Positions 23,501-35,355 of a stretch of 64,000 nt of DNA are shown piece after piece (within the stretch, counting starts at the first letter, position 1; every line of letters starts with the position of its first letter). The DNA is from Camelus ferus (taxonomy: Eukaryota): positions 101,310,001-101,374,000 of the forward strand of contig NC_045696.1 of assembly GCF_009834535.1 (NCBI RefSeq). The letters run 5' to 3'. The position numbers were made by a program, and so were the translations under genes. The notes beneath the pieces were generated by a model, which saw only the letters and a program-made list of their open reading frames with translations, ran no database searches and had not been told where the DNA came from.

Positions 23501-26500
23501 GTCACCCCATGATTCCCTGCCCTGTATAAAGTACCTACATTTCCTTGTATCAAATTTGCATATAATACTTCCATTATTAGTACTTTCAGTGGTACCTTAA
23601 GTCATATCTTAGGTCAACTGTCTTCACTTTACTCTCTACATACAAAATAAAGAATTTGAGGAACTATAATTCCAAATCTACAAGAAATTAATTTTCTGCA
23701 TTGAAAACTTGTAACTTATAACGCATTACAGCAGCCAAAGTTTCCCCAGGTGATGCTGAATAATAATGAGCATTTGGACAAAGATCTATCCCATTAGAAA
23801 GTAAAAGAGACAAGGAAGTCCTTTGGTGACCCAAAAGTCCATTTAAATAGTCACAGACTTTCAGTTAAAATGGCAAAATGAGCCCATGCTTTGAGATGAA
23901 TTAAATACACATTGAGAAATAAAATTGAAAAATAGAGAAGCAAAACAAAAATTGCCATGCATAAAAATAAAACAAAAACCTCTGTTACTCCAGAATTGGA
24001 ATAGAAATGCTGAGCAGTGATCAAGGCTATGACTTTTTGGAGACAGTGGATCCTAAGGTCATTATAATATCTGATTCTAGACAAAGGCCCTGAGTACAGA
24101 GGGATGGAGGCAACTCAAAGAGATGGGTAAGCAGAGTAATCAGTCAAAGAGAAAAATCAATGAATCAATTAAAAAACCAATTTCAATAAGCTAGTCAACA
24201 CAAGTTATAAAGCACATGGAATAAAGATAATCAACCTGTATGTAACATATAACAGATGCAGTTAATTTTATGGAATAGATGACAGTATCTTACAAAAATA
24301 CTTGTAAAATGAAAGAACAGTGAAAACCTAAAGCATGAAATTGTGTAACAAAATTAGCAGAAATGAAACAAGAACAGGTGACATAAAAAATACTTAGATA
24401 TCTTGAAAATGAAGAATGTACCTTTTTAATAAAATGTAACTAGGATAACCACAGTCTCTTGGAAAACTGGTGAACTGGAAGATACTGATAATTCACCATA
24501 CAGTGATAATTTAAGAGCCTTCATCATATATCTTCAGACAGGTTTTGCAGAAGTCAGTTCAGCAATGGCTGAGTTTTGGTTTGAAAGAATATTCCTAGCA
24601 CAAAGCAGGATAAAGGTTAGCTCACGTCTAGACACAACATTGTGAACTGTACAATGTCAAAAATGAAGAGAAAATGATTTTCAAAAATCAACAAAAATAA
24701 AAAATAGTTTCCAAATATAATTATTGAAGAGAGCATAATTTCATCAGCAAAAGTGCTAAATGATGCTAAAAAATAATAAAGTAATATTTTCCCATTGATT
24801 AGGAAAAGTAACTGTCAACCCAAAATATTATAACCTGTCAAACTACCATCAAGTATGAAGATGAAATAAATATATTTTCTAACTTCTCAAGAGATAGTGA
24901 TGTTTTCACATAAGAATTCTCATGAGAAAAATTCCTAATGGACATATTTCTTCCAGACGAAATGAGAAACCAGAAAGAATGTATAGGACAAAAGAGAACA
25001 GAAATTAATAAAATATGTTGATAAAAATATTTAACTATTGACTACAAAACAACTATTTTTATGTTTAAAAAACTCACACTAAATTCAAAACAATACTGGC
25101 CAGATGCTAGGACATACTATAGGATATGCAGTGGATGGTCAGGATACAGTAAGAGTTTAGTCGGGCTGAGGATGAGAGAGTCATGCAGAATAAATTTAGA
25201 TTTAATGGAAAATTAGCATTACTTATATGGGGTAACATATAAAGAATTACAAGGTAATATACACACAGTTTGCAGCCTCTACATTTGGAGACCAACGGGA
25301 AGAGGGAAAAAAAAAAAAGAAAAGAAAGACAACACGGAAAAATGAAAGAAGTAACAGAAATCTTTATCTCATAGAAGTTATAAAGGGATGCTAAAGGAGA
25401 AAAGAAAAATAATGGTAGTCAGAAAACATCAAGAAATATAACTTAAATAAAAATCCAGAGAGTTCAGCAATATAGGTGAACATCCTTAACAGATGATACT
25501 GGCATTTAGATGGTATTTTTTTTAATCAAGCTATATGCTGCTTTAAAAAGACACACCTAAAACAAAACCATGTGTTTACATTAAATATAAGTGGTACAAA
25601 CAGATATGACACAAAGACATGATAATTTATCAACCAAAATATAATTAAGGGAAGAAAGCAGTAAAGGTAAAGCAGGACATTACATAATATAATATGTAAT
25701 ATAACAATAATGATACAAATAAGTATTTATTATATAATATAGCATAAAAGTGTCTATAATTTATACATGTAATAGGAAATCTAGTAAAATAATTAAAATA
25801 ATGAAAAATAATGTATTAATAATTCACCAAGAAAACATAACAATGACATATAATATATAACAATAATAAACTTGTAAAGAGCTAAAATAATAGCACAAAT
25901 GACAAAAGAAGATTACCCAAAGAAATTAGCACATCCTGAACTTGATCTTAATATGCATGCTTCTATCACATGAAGATAAATTAAGTAGGCTAAAAAATTT
26001 AATAAGTATAAGAAAACTTTAAATAAATATACGAATGTGTTACACACATACACACACACTGCACCAATCATAGAAAGAATATATTTTTCAAGTACATATG
26101 TTACATTTACCAAAAAAGGAAAAGAGCATGTATAGAGATTCCAAATCTCTTCAACAAAGAATTGCTATCCTACTAATAAAAAAACTTGAACCAAAATAAA
26201 ATTCAATAAGGTATCAACAATGAAATTATAGCTAAAACTCATAGTACATTTACAAATACGTGGTAAAAACTATATGTTTAGAAATTTAAACATGCAGTTG
26301 TAAATACTTTATGCATTAAAGAGGAAAACACTAGAGAATTTACATAATAAGAAAGAAAAAATCACATATCAAAACTTACAGAATGTAGTTAGAATAATAT
26401 GTGGAAGCAAATTTGTACCCTTGAGAGAAATTTTTAAATACAAGAAGGACTGAAAATAGATCAAAAGAAGCTGGAAAAACAAGAGAGGGGAAGAGAGAGA

Positions 26501-27659
26501 GGAGGATCATCAGTTCTAGGCAAGTTTTTACATGGTTTTATCAAACTAAAAGGAATGGATGTTTATATTCTTTATAAATTATTCCAGTGAATAGAAGAGT
26601 AGATGAAGTAAGTGATTTAATTCATTTCATAATGAATTTATGAATAACTCATACTATTAATAATTTAATGTCAAAAACCAAATGATATATACAAATATAC
26701 TACGTTTTTTTAAAAATAAAACGAAACTAGCTCACCAGCTGCAGCAGTGTGTAAAAGGAAAGTGCACCATGGCTAAGTAGGGCTCTTGAAAGCAAACCAA
26801 AGGCATTCCAACATTAGAAATTTTTATTAAAATAATATACCACAGTGACAGATTAAAGGTGAAACTATATGATCATCACAATGGGTTCAGGATAATATTT
26901 AAGAAAAAATAACTTATTACAAAATAATCAGCACTAAACAAGATTTCTTATAACCTGATAACCAGTTGCAATGTCACTTTAATGGGGAAACTTTAGACAT
27001 ATGCCTTTCAAAAATAGTGACCGGGTAATGATTCTCCCATCTCCATGTTTACCAACTTCATACAGATTATCACAGCCAAGGCAGTATGACAACCAAAATA
27101 AATAAAACTTAAAAGAAATGGAAGAAAAGTGATAAATTATCTTTGTTGGCAAATTATATGTCTCCAAAGAAAGTCTGAAAGATTATATAAATATATAGGG
27201 CCAATAGAGATTTAAGCAAAATCTTCATTAGAAGATGAACATCTAAAACTTGATATAATTTTGTATATGCATAATAATTAAAGAGAAATTGTTATTAAAT
27301 TTAGAGAAACAAAATAGAGCAATAATATTAATGGAATTTAAAAAATTTAACATCTCTGAAGGACAAAAATGAGATATAAATAAATAAAGAGATGTATCAC
27401 ATTCATGAATTGGAAAACTTAGTTTTATTTAAAGGTAATTTTGTTTCAAATTACTTCATAAATTAAAGACATTTCATCAAAATTTTGAATAGTTCATTAA
27501 TGGAGACTGTCAAGCTAATTTTATAATTCATACAGAAGACAAAAAGGCCTAGAGCAGTTAAAATAATTTGCAGAGGTGAAAATATAAGAATTGTCCTGTC
27601 AGTTAAGTTTTAGAAGAAAATGTAAAATAGTTTTTATGTCAAAGTAGGGAAGAATTTTT

Positions 27660-30021
27660 TTTAACTTTTTTTATTGAGTTATAGTCATTTTACAATGTTG
27701 TGTCAAATTCCAGTCTAGAGCACAATTTTTCAGTTATACATGAACATACATATAATCATTGTCACATTTTTTTTGCTGTGAGCTACCACAAGATCCTGTA
27801 TAGGTTTCCCTGTGCTATACAGTATAATCTTGTTTATCTATTCTACATATGCCTGTCAGTATCTACAAATTTTGAAATCCCTGTCTGTCCCTTCCCACCC
27901 CCAGCCCCCTTGGCAACCACAAGTTTGTATTCTATGTCTATGAGTCTGTTTCTGTTTTGTATTTAATGTTCTTTTTTTTTTTTTTTTTTTTTTTAGATTC
28001 CACATAGAGCTATCTCATGGTATTTTTCTTTCTCTTTCTGGCTTACTTCACTTTAACATCCATGTTGCTGCAAATTGCGTTATGTTATCGGTTTTTATAT
28101 CTGAATAGTATTCCATTGTATAAATATACCACTTCTGCTTTATCCAGTCATCTGGTGATGGACATTTAGGCTGTTTCCATATCTTGGCTATTGTAAATAG
28201 TGCTGCTATGAACATTGGGGTGCAGGTGTCATTTTGAAGTAGTGTTCCTTTTGGATATATGCCCAGGAGCGGGATTCCTGGGTCATATGGTAAGTCTATT
28301 CCTAGTCCTTTGAGAAATCTCCATACTGTTTTCCACAGTGGCTGCACCAAACTGCATTCCCACCAGCATTGTAGGAGGGTTCCCTTTTGTCCACAGCCTC
28401 TCCAGCATTTGTCATTTGTGGACTTTTGAATGATGGCCATTCTGACCAGTGTGAGGTGACACTTCATCATAGTTTTGATTTGCATTTCCTGATATATAGT
28501 GATATTGAGCATTTTTTCATGTGCCTATTGATCATTTGTATTTCTTCCTTGGAGAATTGCTTGTTTAGGTCTTTTGCCCATTTTTGGTTTGGGTTGTTTG
28601 TTTTTTTCTTATTAAGTCGTATGAGCTGCTTATATATTCTAGAGATCAAGCTTTTGTCGGTTTCATCATTTGCAAAAATTTTCTCCCATTCCGTAGGTTG
28701 TCTTTTTGTTTTACTTCTGGTTTCCTTTGCTGTGCAGAAGCTTGTAAGTTTCACTAGGTCCCATTTGTTTATTCTTGCTTTTGTATCTATTGCTTGGGTA
28801 GACTGCCCTAGGAGAACATTGCTGAGATGTATGTGAGATAATGTTTTGCCTATATTTTCTTCTAGGACGTTTATTGTATCTTGTCTTATGTTTAAGTCTT
28901 TGATCCATTTTGAGTTTATTTTTGTGTATCGTGTGAGGGAGTGTTCTAGTAGCTTCATTGATTCACATGCTGCTGTCCTGTTTTCCCAACACCATTTGCT
29001 GAAGATACTGTCTTTTATTTCTTTTTTTTTTTCTTGCTAAAGAAGCAGTTATTTATTTAGGCATATGATGTGATGCTACATCTAGGTTCTTTTTTTTTTT
29101 TTTTCTGATACTGTCTTTATTTCATTGTATGTTCTTGCCTCCTATGTCAAAGATTATTTGACCAAAAGTTTGTGGGTTCGTTTCTGGGCTCTCTATTCTG
29201 TTTCATTGGTCTGTATGTCTGTTTTTGTACCAATACCATGCTATCTTCATTTCTGTAGCTGTATAGTATTGTCTGAAGTCTAGGAGAGTTATTCTTCCAG
29301 CCTCTTTCTTTATCTTCAATAATGCTTTGGCAATTCTAGGTCTTTGATGGTTCCATATAAATTTTATTATGATTTGTTATAGTGAAATATGTCCTGGGTA
29401 ATTTGATAGGGATTGCATTAAATCTGTAGATTGCCTTGGGCAGTGTGACAATTTCAACAATTTTGATTCTTCCAGTCCAGGAGCATGGGATATCTTTCCA
29501 TTTTTAAAGTCTTCTTTAATTTCCTTCATCAGTGGTTTATAGTTTTCTGTGTATAAGTCTTTCACCTCCTTGGTTAAATTTATTCCTAGGTATTTTATTA
29601 CTTTGGGTGCTATTTTAAAGGGGATTGTTTCTTTACTTTCTTTTTCTATTGATTCATCATTAGTGTAAAGAAATGCAACTGATTTTTAAGCGTTAATCTT
29701 GTAACCTGCTACCTTGCTGAATTTTTCGATTAGTTTTAGTAGTTTTTGTGTGGACCTTTTAGGGTTTTCTATATATAGTATCATGTCATTGGCATATAGT
29801 GACACTTTTACCTCTTCTTTTGCAATTTGGATTCCTTTGATTTCTCTCTCTTGCCTGACTGCTGTGGCTAGGACTTCCAAGACTATGTTGAATAGGCGTG
29901 GTGATAGTGGGCAGCCTTATCTTGTCCTAGATTTTAGTGGGAAGCTTTTCAGATTTTCACTGTTGAGTGCTATGCTGGCTGTAGGTTTGTCATATGTCAC
30001 TTTTATTATGTTTGAGATAAG
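27660..30021 (-). mobile_element. Younger 5'-truncated LINE-1 (camelid-type 3' UTR), C-terminal ORF2 fragments, non-functional
   Basis: ORF track pieces 29686-29880 ([18 protein letters not shown]...[16 protein letters not shown]), 28467-28958 ([13 protein letters not shown]) and 28048-28512 ([19 protein letters not shown], Cys-rich domain). T-rich tail at the left end. Flanking 17-bp TSD agtagg(g/a)aagaattttt at 27643-27659 and 30022-30038. Confidence 0.95.
29022..29106 (-). mobile_element. Short TSD-flanked polyadenylated non-L1 insert (orphan 3' transduction-like) inside the young L1
   Basis: Flanked by gatactgtctt(t)tatttc at 29004-29021 and 29107-29123; contains T11, 57 nt of non-L1 sequence with tttatt (AATAAA on the minus strand), then T15. 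Confidence 0.8.
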
Positions 30022-30582
30022 AGTAGGAAAGAATTTTTAAACATCACATAAATATATATTCCTTAAATGATAAACTCATTCATCAGTTCATCAAAAGTTA
30101 ACTAAAGCAAGGGAGAATGACAAACCACCAACAAGGATAAAATAGCCTTAAATCATATAATTCATAAAATACTAGTATGTATAATTTTTAAGAACTCTAA
30201 CATATCAATCAGAAAAAACAACTCATTGGAAAATTGGCAAAGTATATAAACTGAAAACTAATAAAAGTGGAAACCAAGTAACCAAGAAACATGAATAGAT
30301 AATCTCAATATTAATCAAGGAAAGGTAAAAAAAAGTAACAATCCTTGAGATGCAACTTCAGGTTCATCAGTTTGGAAATAATTAAAATCTGACAATTTAA
30401 GTATTGGTAAAGAGAAGAAATGGAAAATCCCATGCATGGATGATGAAAAGTAATGAGTATAATCTTTCGGAGAACAATTTGAAGCATCTAGTAGAGTTAA
30501 AAGTTTCCCTTCCCTTTGGTCCACAATCCCTAGACTTCCTTCTACATATTGTTAAAAAAAAAAAAAAAGAATAAGAACTTGT

Positions 30583-30713
30583 ATTTTTCTGACCTTGAGT
30601 TTTCTCCTGAGGTATACCCAGAAGTAGGGTTGCTTCATGATATGTTAAATCTATTTTTAGTTTTTTGAGGAAACTTCATCATGTTTTTCATATGATAGTG
30701 GCTACACCAACCT
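30583..30713 (-). mobile_element. Short LINE-1 late-ORF2 fragment in reverse orientation
   Basis: 'tatacccagaagtagggttgct...tctatttttagttttttgaggaaacttcat...gtggctacaccaa' is homologous to 28255-28350 of the young L1. Confidence 0.8.
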
Positions 30714-30742
30714 GAAAAAAAAAGAAATATAAAGAACTTGTG

Positions 30743-30804
30743 CTGTACACCAGAAATTGACATATTGTAGCTGACCATACTTCAGTAAAAAGAAAGAAAG
30801 AAAG
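30743..30804 (+). mobile_element. Extremely truncated LINE-1 3' tip with (GAAA)n tail
   Basis: 'ctgtacaccagaaattgacatattgtagctgaccatacttca' closely resembles the reverse complement of the L1 terminus at 32636-32682; 12-bp TSD aaagaacttgtg at 30731-30742 and 30805-30816. Confidence 0.85.
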
Positions 30805-31749
30805 AAAGAACTTGTGGAAATGGTATTTTCTACAATAATGGTCACTGTGCTATGATTTGTAATAGTGAAATCTGTAAACTATAAGTTATTTAATAAAAAT
30901 ACATAAATAATATATAATATAATCAAACAATGAAATACAGAATGGCCATTAAAATGAAATGTATGTATATATACATATACATATATATGATATATCTTAT
31001 GTATGAACTATATATCTTTACATAGGACCATATTATATATCATAATGAGCAAAATAAGCAAGCGAGATGCAGAATAATACATACAATACCATATTGTTAA
31101 CATAGTTTAAATGTATTCAAAACAATGCTACCTATCATTTATAAATACTATAGTAATATTGCTAATATTTTGATAGAAATGATAATTGCATAATTTAGGT
31201 TTCACTAAGAAAGGAGAATGGAAGATGGAATTGAAAGCATACTCAAGTATCTGTATCATATAATTTCTTTCAAAAGTCTAAAAAAATTGCCAAAATGCTA
31301 AGATTTGATAAGACTAGATAATGGCTATGTGAATTTGCTTGTATTTTTCTCTATATGCTACTTTGTATTTCAAGTATTTCATAGAAAAAACAATCACACA
31401 GCAGTATCTGAAAAATCAGTCACTTGAACACAATGAAAATAGTGCCTTACCAGTATTACAGAGAAGAGGCCTAATGAAATTGGACAGCTGCCACAATTCC
31501 AGTCACTACAGACAAAAGAATTTCTCATCGAAAATGAAGAAATTATTTGTCCAGCATGCCATGGGCACAGGTTAATTTGCACATTGTCTAAGAGTGGCTA
31601 TTTTCAGATTACACAGTGTTCTTGTTTAAGAGTCGTATTTACGCTTGTTCAAAGCTTTGGAGCCTTTTCATTATTTAATTTTTCATAGTACCAGAACTCT
31701 CACTGATATTACGTCTTTGGATTTATTGAAATTTCTTGTTTAGATTCTT

Positions 31750-31870
31750 TCCTTTCCCCTAGACTGTGAGCTCCAAGAACAAAGAGATGATAGCTGTATT
31801 TTCACTGTGCTTACTTTAGGGCCTTATTAGAGTTCTTGGAACATGGCATGGATGTTTTGAAGAATAAATA
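31750..31870 (+). mobile_element. LINE-2 3' end followed by a purine-rich simple repeat (to ~31955)
   Basis: 'agactgtgagctccaagaacaaaga...ttcactg...cttggaacatggc...gaataaataaa'. Confidence 0.65.
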
Positions 31871-32599
31871 AAAAGAAAGAAGGAAGGAATAGAAGAAAAG
31901 GAGAAAAAGAGGGAGGTAAGAGAGAAGAAAAGTAGGAAGGAAGGAAGGAAGGAAAAGGTTAAGCAAGTGTATAATAAGGCAGTGAAAAACAGTATTATCC
32001 TGATTTGATACATGTGATTATTAAGAGACAGTATAGACATTAAGGCCAGGGTTATAATGCAGGTCCAGTTACTCCTGGCACAGTGTTTATTCTACTGCAA
32101 CTTATCAAAGAGGCAAAATGTTTTATTCTTTTGGGGGAAATTCTACATGTCTTACACGTTTTTCCAGAAGTTAGCATTAGCGTTATCTTCTCTGCTTTTA
32201 TACTTAAACTCCCATAGTAGAATTTGTTTTTATGTAATTTATTTTTGTGAAATTACTGCTAATCAAGTAGTTCATTACTAGATAGCTCTAGAGATGGAAA
32301 GGGCAAGTTGAATCACTGTGAATTAGGTGTGACATTCTGAGTACCTTTGCACAGTGTTCTACACTTTATAAAGATGTTATTCTTCAATAAATCACCAGTT
32401 TAAGCCAATTTATGCTTTATACTCTACACCAATTGTCTCATTTAGTATACAAAACCTAGAGAAAGGAGCTACTGTTTTGTCATTTTTGTAAATAAAGAAA
32501 CTGAAAGAAAAACTACTAAATATTTTGTCCAGTTAGGAAATCAACCAGTTAGCATGAACTCAAAGGTGATCTAACATCAGAGCCCTTGTAGACAGATTT

Positions 32600-33195
32600 T
32601 TTTCTTAATTTCAGAGCTATATGTTTATTTTTTACTTGAAGTAGAGTCAGTTTACAATGTTGTGTCAATTTCTGTTGTACAGCGTAATGTCTCAGTCATA
32701 CGTATACATATATATATATTCCTTTTCATATTATTTTTCATTTTTATTATAGGTTATTACAAGCTATTGAATATCGTTTCCTGGGCTATACAGTATGAAC
32801 TTGTTATTTATCTATTTTATATATAGTAGTAAATATCTGCAAATCTGAAACTCCCAATTAATCCCTTCCCACCCCCTTTCCCTCCTGGTAACTATAGATT
32901 TGTTTTCTATGTCTGTGAGTCTGTTTCTGTTTTGTAAATAAATTCATTTGTGTCTTTTTTCTTTTTAAGATTCCACATAAAAGTGTTATCATATGGTGTT
33001 TTCTTTCTTTTTCTGGCTTACTTACTTAGAATGACATTCTCCAGGTCCATCCATGTTGCTGTAAATGGCACTATTTTATTCCTTTTCATGGCTGAGTAGT
33101 ATTCCATTGTATAAATATACCATATCTTCTTTATTCAGTCATCTGTCGATGGACATTTAGGTTGTTTCCATGCCCTGGCTATTTTAAGTAGTGCA
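32600..33195 (-). mobile_element. 5'-truncated LINE-1 3' end (camelid/artiodactyl-type), inserted next to a reverse MIR
   Basis: 'ttgaagtagagtcagtttacaatgttgtgtcaatttctg...tccaggtccatccatgttgctg...ggacatttaggttgtttcca'; homologous to 27672-28205; 11-bp TSD tagacagattt at 32589-32599 and 33196-33206. Confidence 0.92.
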
Positions 33196-34424
33196 TAGAC
33201 AGATTTAATTTCACTTTCTAAATTCCTGTGGTACTCACATGACCTTTCTCAGCTACTGCCTTATTCTCAGTCATTCATGTTCAGGTTCTTTTCCCCTGTT
33301 TAGTAACAAAGTTTTTGAGCTCAAGAATCAAACTTTATTCATTGTTTGACTGTAGACAATGAGAGGCAGAGTGACTTGCACATGAGGGTTCTCACTAAAC
33401 ACTTTACAAATGAATGAATAGTCTCCTTCTCATACTCTATCACAGGTCTTTGTAACTATATGATGGCAGGTGTAATCAGTTGGATTTGTGGCTTTGCTCA
33501 GAGTATTGGTTGTATTAGAAACATAAAGGAAAGGATAGAGCTACATACAACTACATTCTTGTATATTGTGCTACTAATAGTAGCATAAAACATAAGTATA
33601 ATAGTGTCTACAAAGGGCAAGGACATCAAAAATGACAGCTGTATACTCACCTCCTTACCAGGCTAAGTATGAGCCCAGAAACCTGTAAATTCTAGGATAA
33701 AGGAGAGAAATTGATCTCTTCACTCCCAGAAAAGCCCACTGCCAATGCTGAAGGGAAATGGAACTTGATGTATCTCAGATACTTCTCTATCATCTCATCC
33801 AGAGAAGAAAGGCAACTATAGGCCCATGAAGAGAAAGCGAATATCAGTTACAAAGGTTAAGTGTACTTTTTTTTCTTTATTACAACTATTTTATAATGAG
33901 CTCACCAGGTTTTTGTTAGAAGAGAAAGCTGAGAAGCTAAAAGGCACATGTATAACACGGATCCCATAAAACCTCTGGTAGCTACTTTAGCTAAGGGTGT
34001 AGCAGTCATTACCACAGTTTTCCAGTTACATTGGCACAGCTGAAGAACGTCACTTATAATGCCAAAATTTAACAATGCACGAACGTCCTATGTAGAAGCA
34101 AGTAGTAGAAACAAATACAAGGTAAAGCAATATATTAATTCTTTGTTATGATAAATAATATCATTTCATTAAAACAATATCAAGCAAACAAAAAACTTCT
34201 ACCTAAGAAAATACTTACTCTTTGACCAAAATACCACGTAATTTGTAGCAAATTTATTGCAATAAAAAATAGACATCAAATATTATAGCCATTACTTGAA
34301 GAAAAGTTTTAGTCCATGAAAGATCACAGATCATTCATATTTTACCTGACAGGAATCAGTGATTTACAGCTTAGAATTAATTCCTTATCTGTTTTAAGAG
34401 AAAGGGCCTTTTGCCCCAACCTTT

Positions 34425-35355
34425 TATTTTCAATTTTCAAACTTAGAGAAAGAATGTTCTATAAATACCTGTTTAACGTTACCATAGCTTACAAATGCTT
34501 ACATTTTGCCATGTTTGCTTTATCTCTTTCTACACATATATGTTTTTTTTTTCTCTCTGAACCATCTGAAAGTAAGTTACAGCACAATAACTCTCCCTCA
34601 GCATATGTCTACTAAAAATAGGGACATTCTCTTATGTAAATTAAATCCCAAAACCATATCTAAGAATAGTACAATAATTCTATAATGTTATCTAGCATCC
34701 TGTCTATATTCAGATTTCCCAAATCGTCCAAATGTCTTTTACACCTGTTTATTTAAATTTTCTATCCAACCTAGTTTCAGACATTGCATTTGATTATTAT
34801 AACTTGCTCTCTTTCTCTTCTTTAAATAAGCCAGGTCATTTGTTTTAACAGGATTTCAACACTATAGATTTATCTAATTTTTGCATGTGACATTGTTTAC
34901 ATTTTTCTTTTTATTTCCTGAATCCTGTAAATAGGAAGTGAGATCTGAAGGCTTTTTAGATTCAGGTTAGACATTACTGGAAATAATATTGCAATGCTGA
35001 TGCTCCGTCTTTCACATTGAATCATATGGAAAGGCTTATAATATCAGTTGGCCCCAGTACTAGCAATGTTGTGTTTGGTCCTGGGGTTAAGGTAGTTATT
35101 GTGATGACTGTCAAGTTTTCTCCAATGTGTTCGCCTTTTGTTAGTAGCTATACATAGTTAAGCAGTCTATGGGGTTATATCTGGCAATGTATGAATATCC
35201 CATTCTGCAATAACCTTTCATCCAATGATTTTATCATTCACTTGTGATTCATGCCTGATTATATTGCATTGAAGGTTGAAAAATAGTTATTTTTGTAATT
35301 CTGTCATTCCTTTAGATATTATCTAGCATCCGTCTGTAAAGAAGAGCTTTCTTTT
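34425..35355 (-). mobile_element. Ancient LINE-1 3' UTR (L1MC4/L1MC5-like)
   Basis: 'ttttcaaacttagagaaag', 'tttctctctgaaccatctgaaagtaagttacag', 'gggacattctctta' and 'tagattcaggttagacatt'. Confidence 0.7.

Larger units (their letters stand above)
23750..31390 (+). mobile_element. Long, heavily decayed ancient LINE-1 (L1ME-like; ORF1, ORF2 and 3' UTR remnants in order), interrupted by younger insertions
   Basis: Very A-rich and collinear L1 landmarks: ORF1 C-terminus 'aactgtcaacccaaaatattataacctgtcaaacta' (~24810), EN 'caagctatatgctgctttaaaaagacacac' (~25530), RT region 'aagtagggct...attccaacattagaaa' (~26780), late ORF2 (~30200-30520) and 3' UTR (~30900-31390). Confidence 0.7.

Noticed and set aside
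28048..29880. ORFs 28048-28512, 28467-28958, 29377-29565 and 29686-29880 as functional CDS
   Set aside because: They are frameshifted pieces of a 5'-truncated L1 ORF2 with a mutated catalytic motif; the plus-strand ORFs there are antisense shadows.
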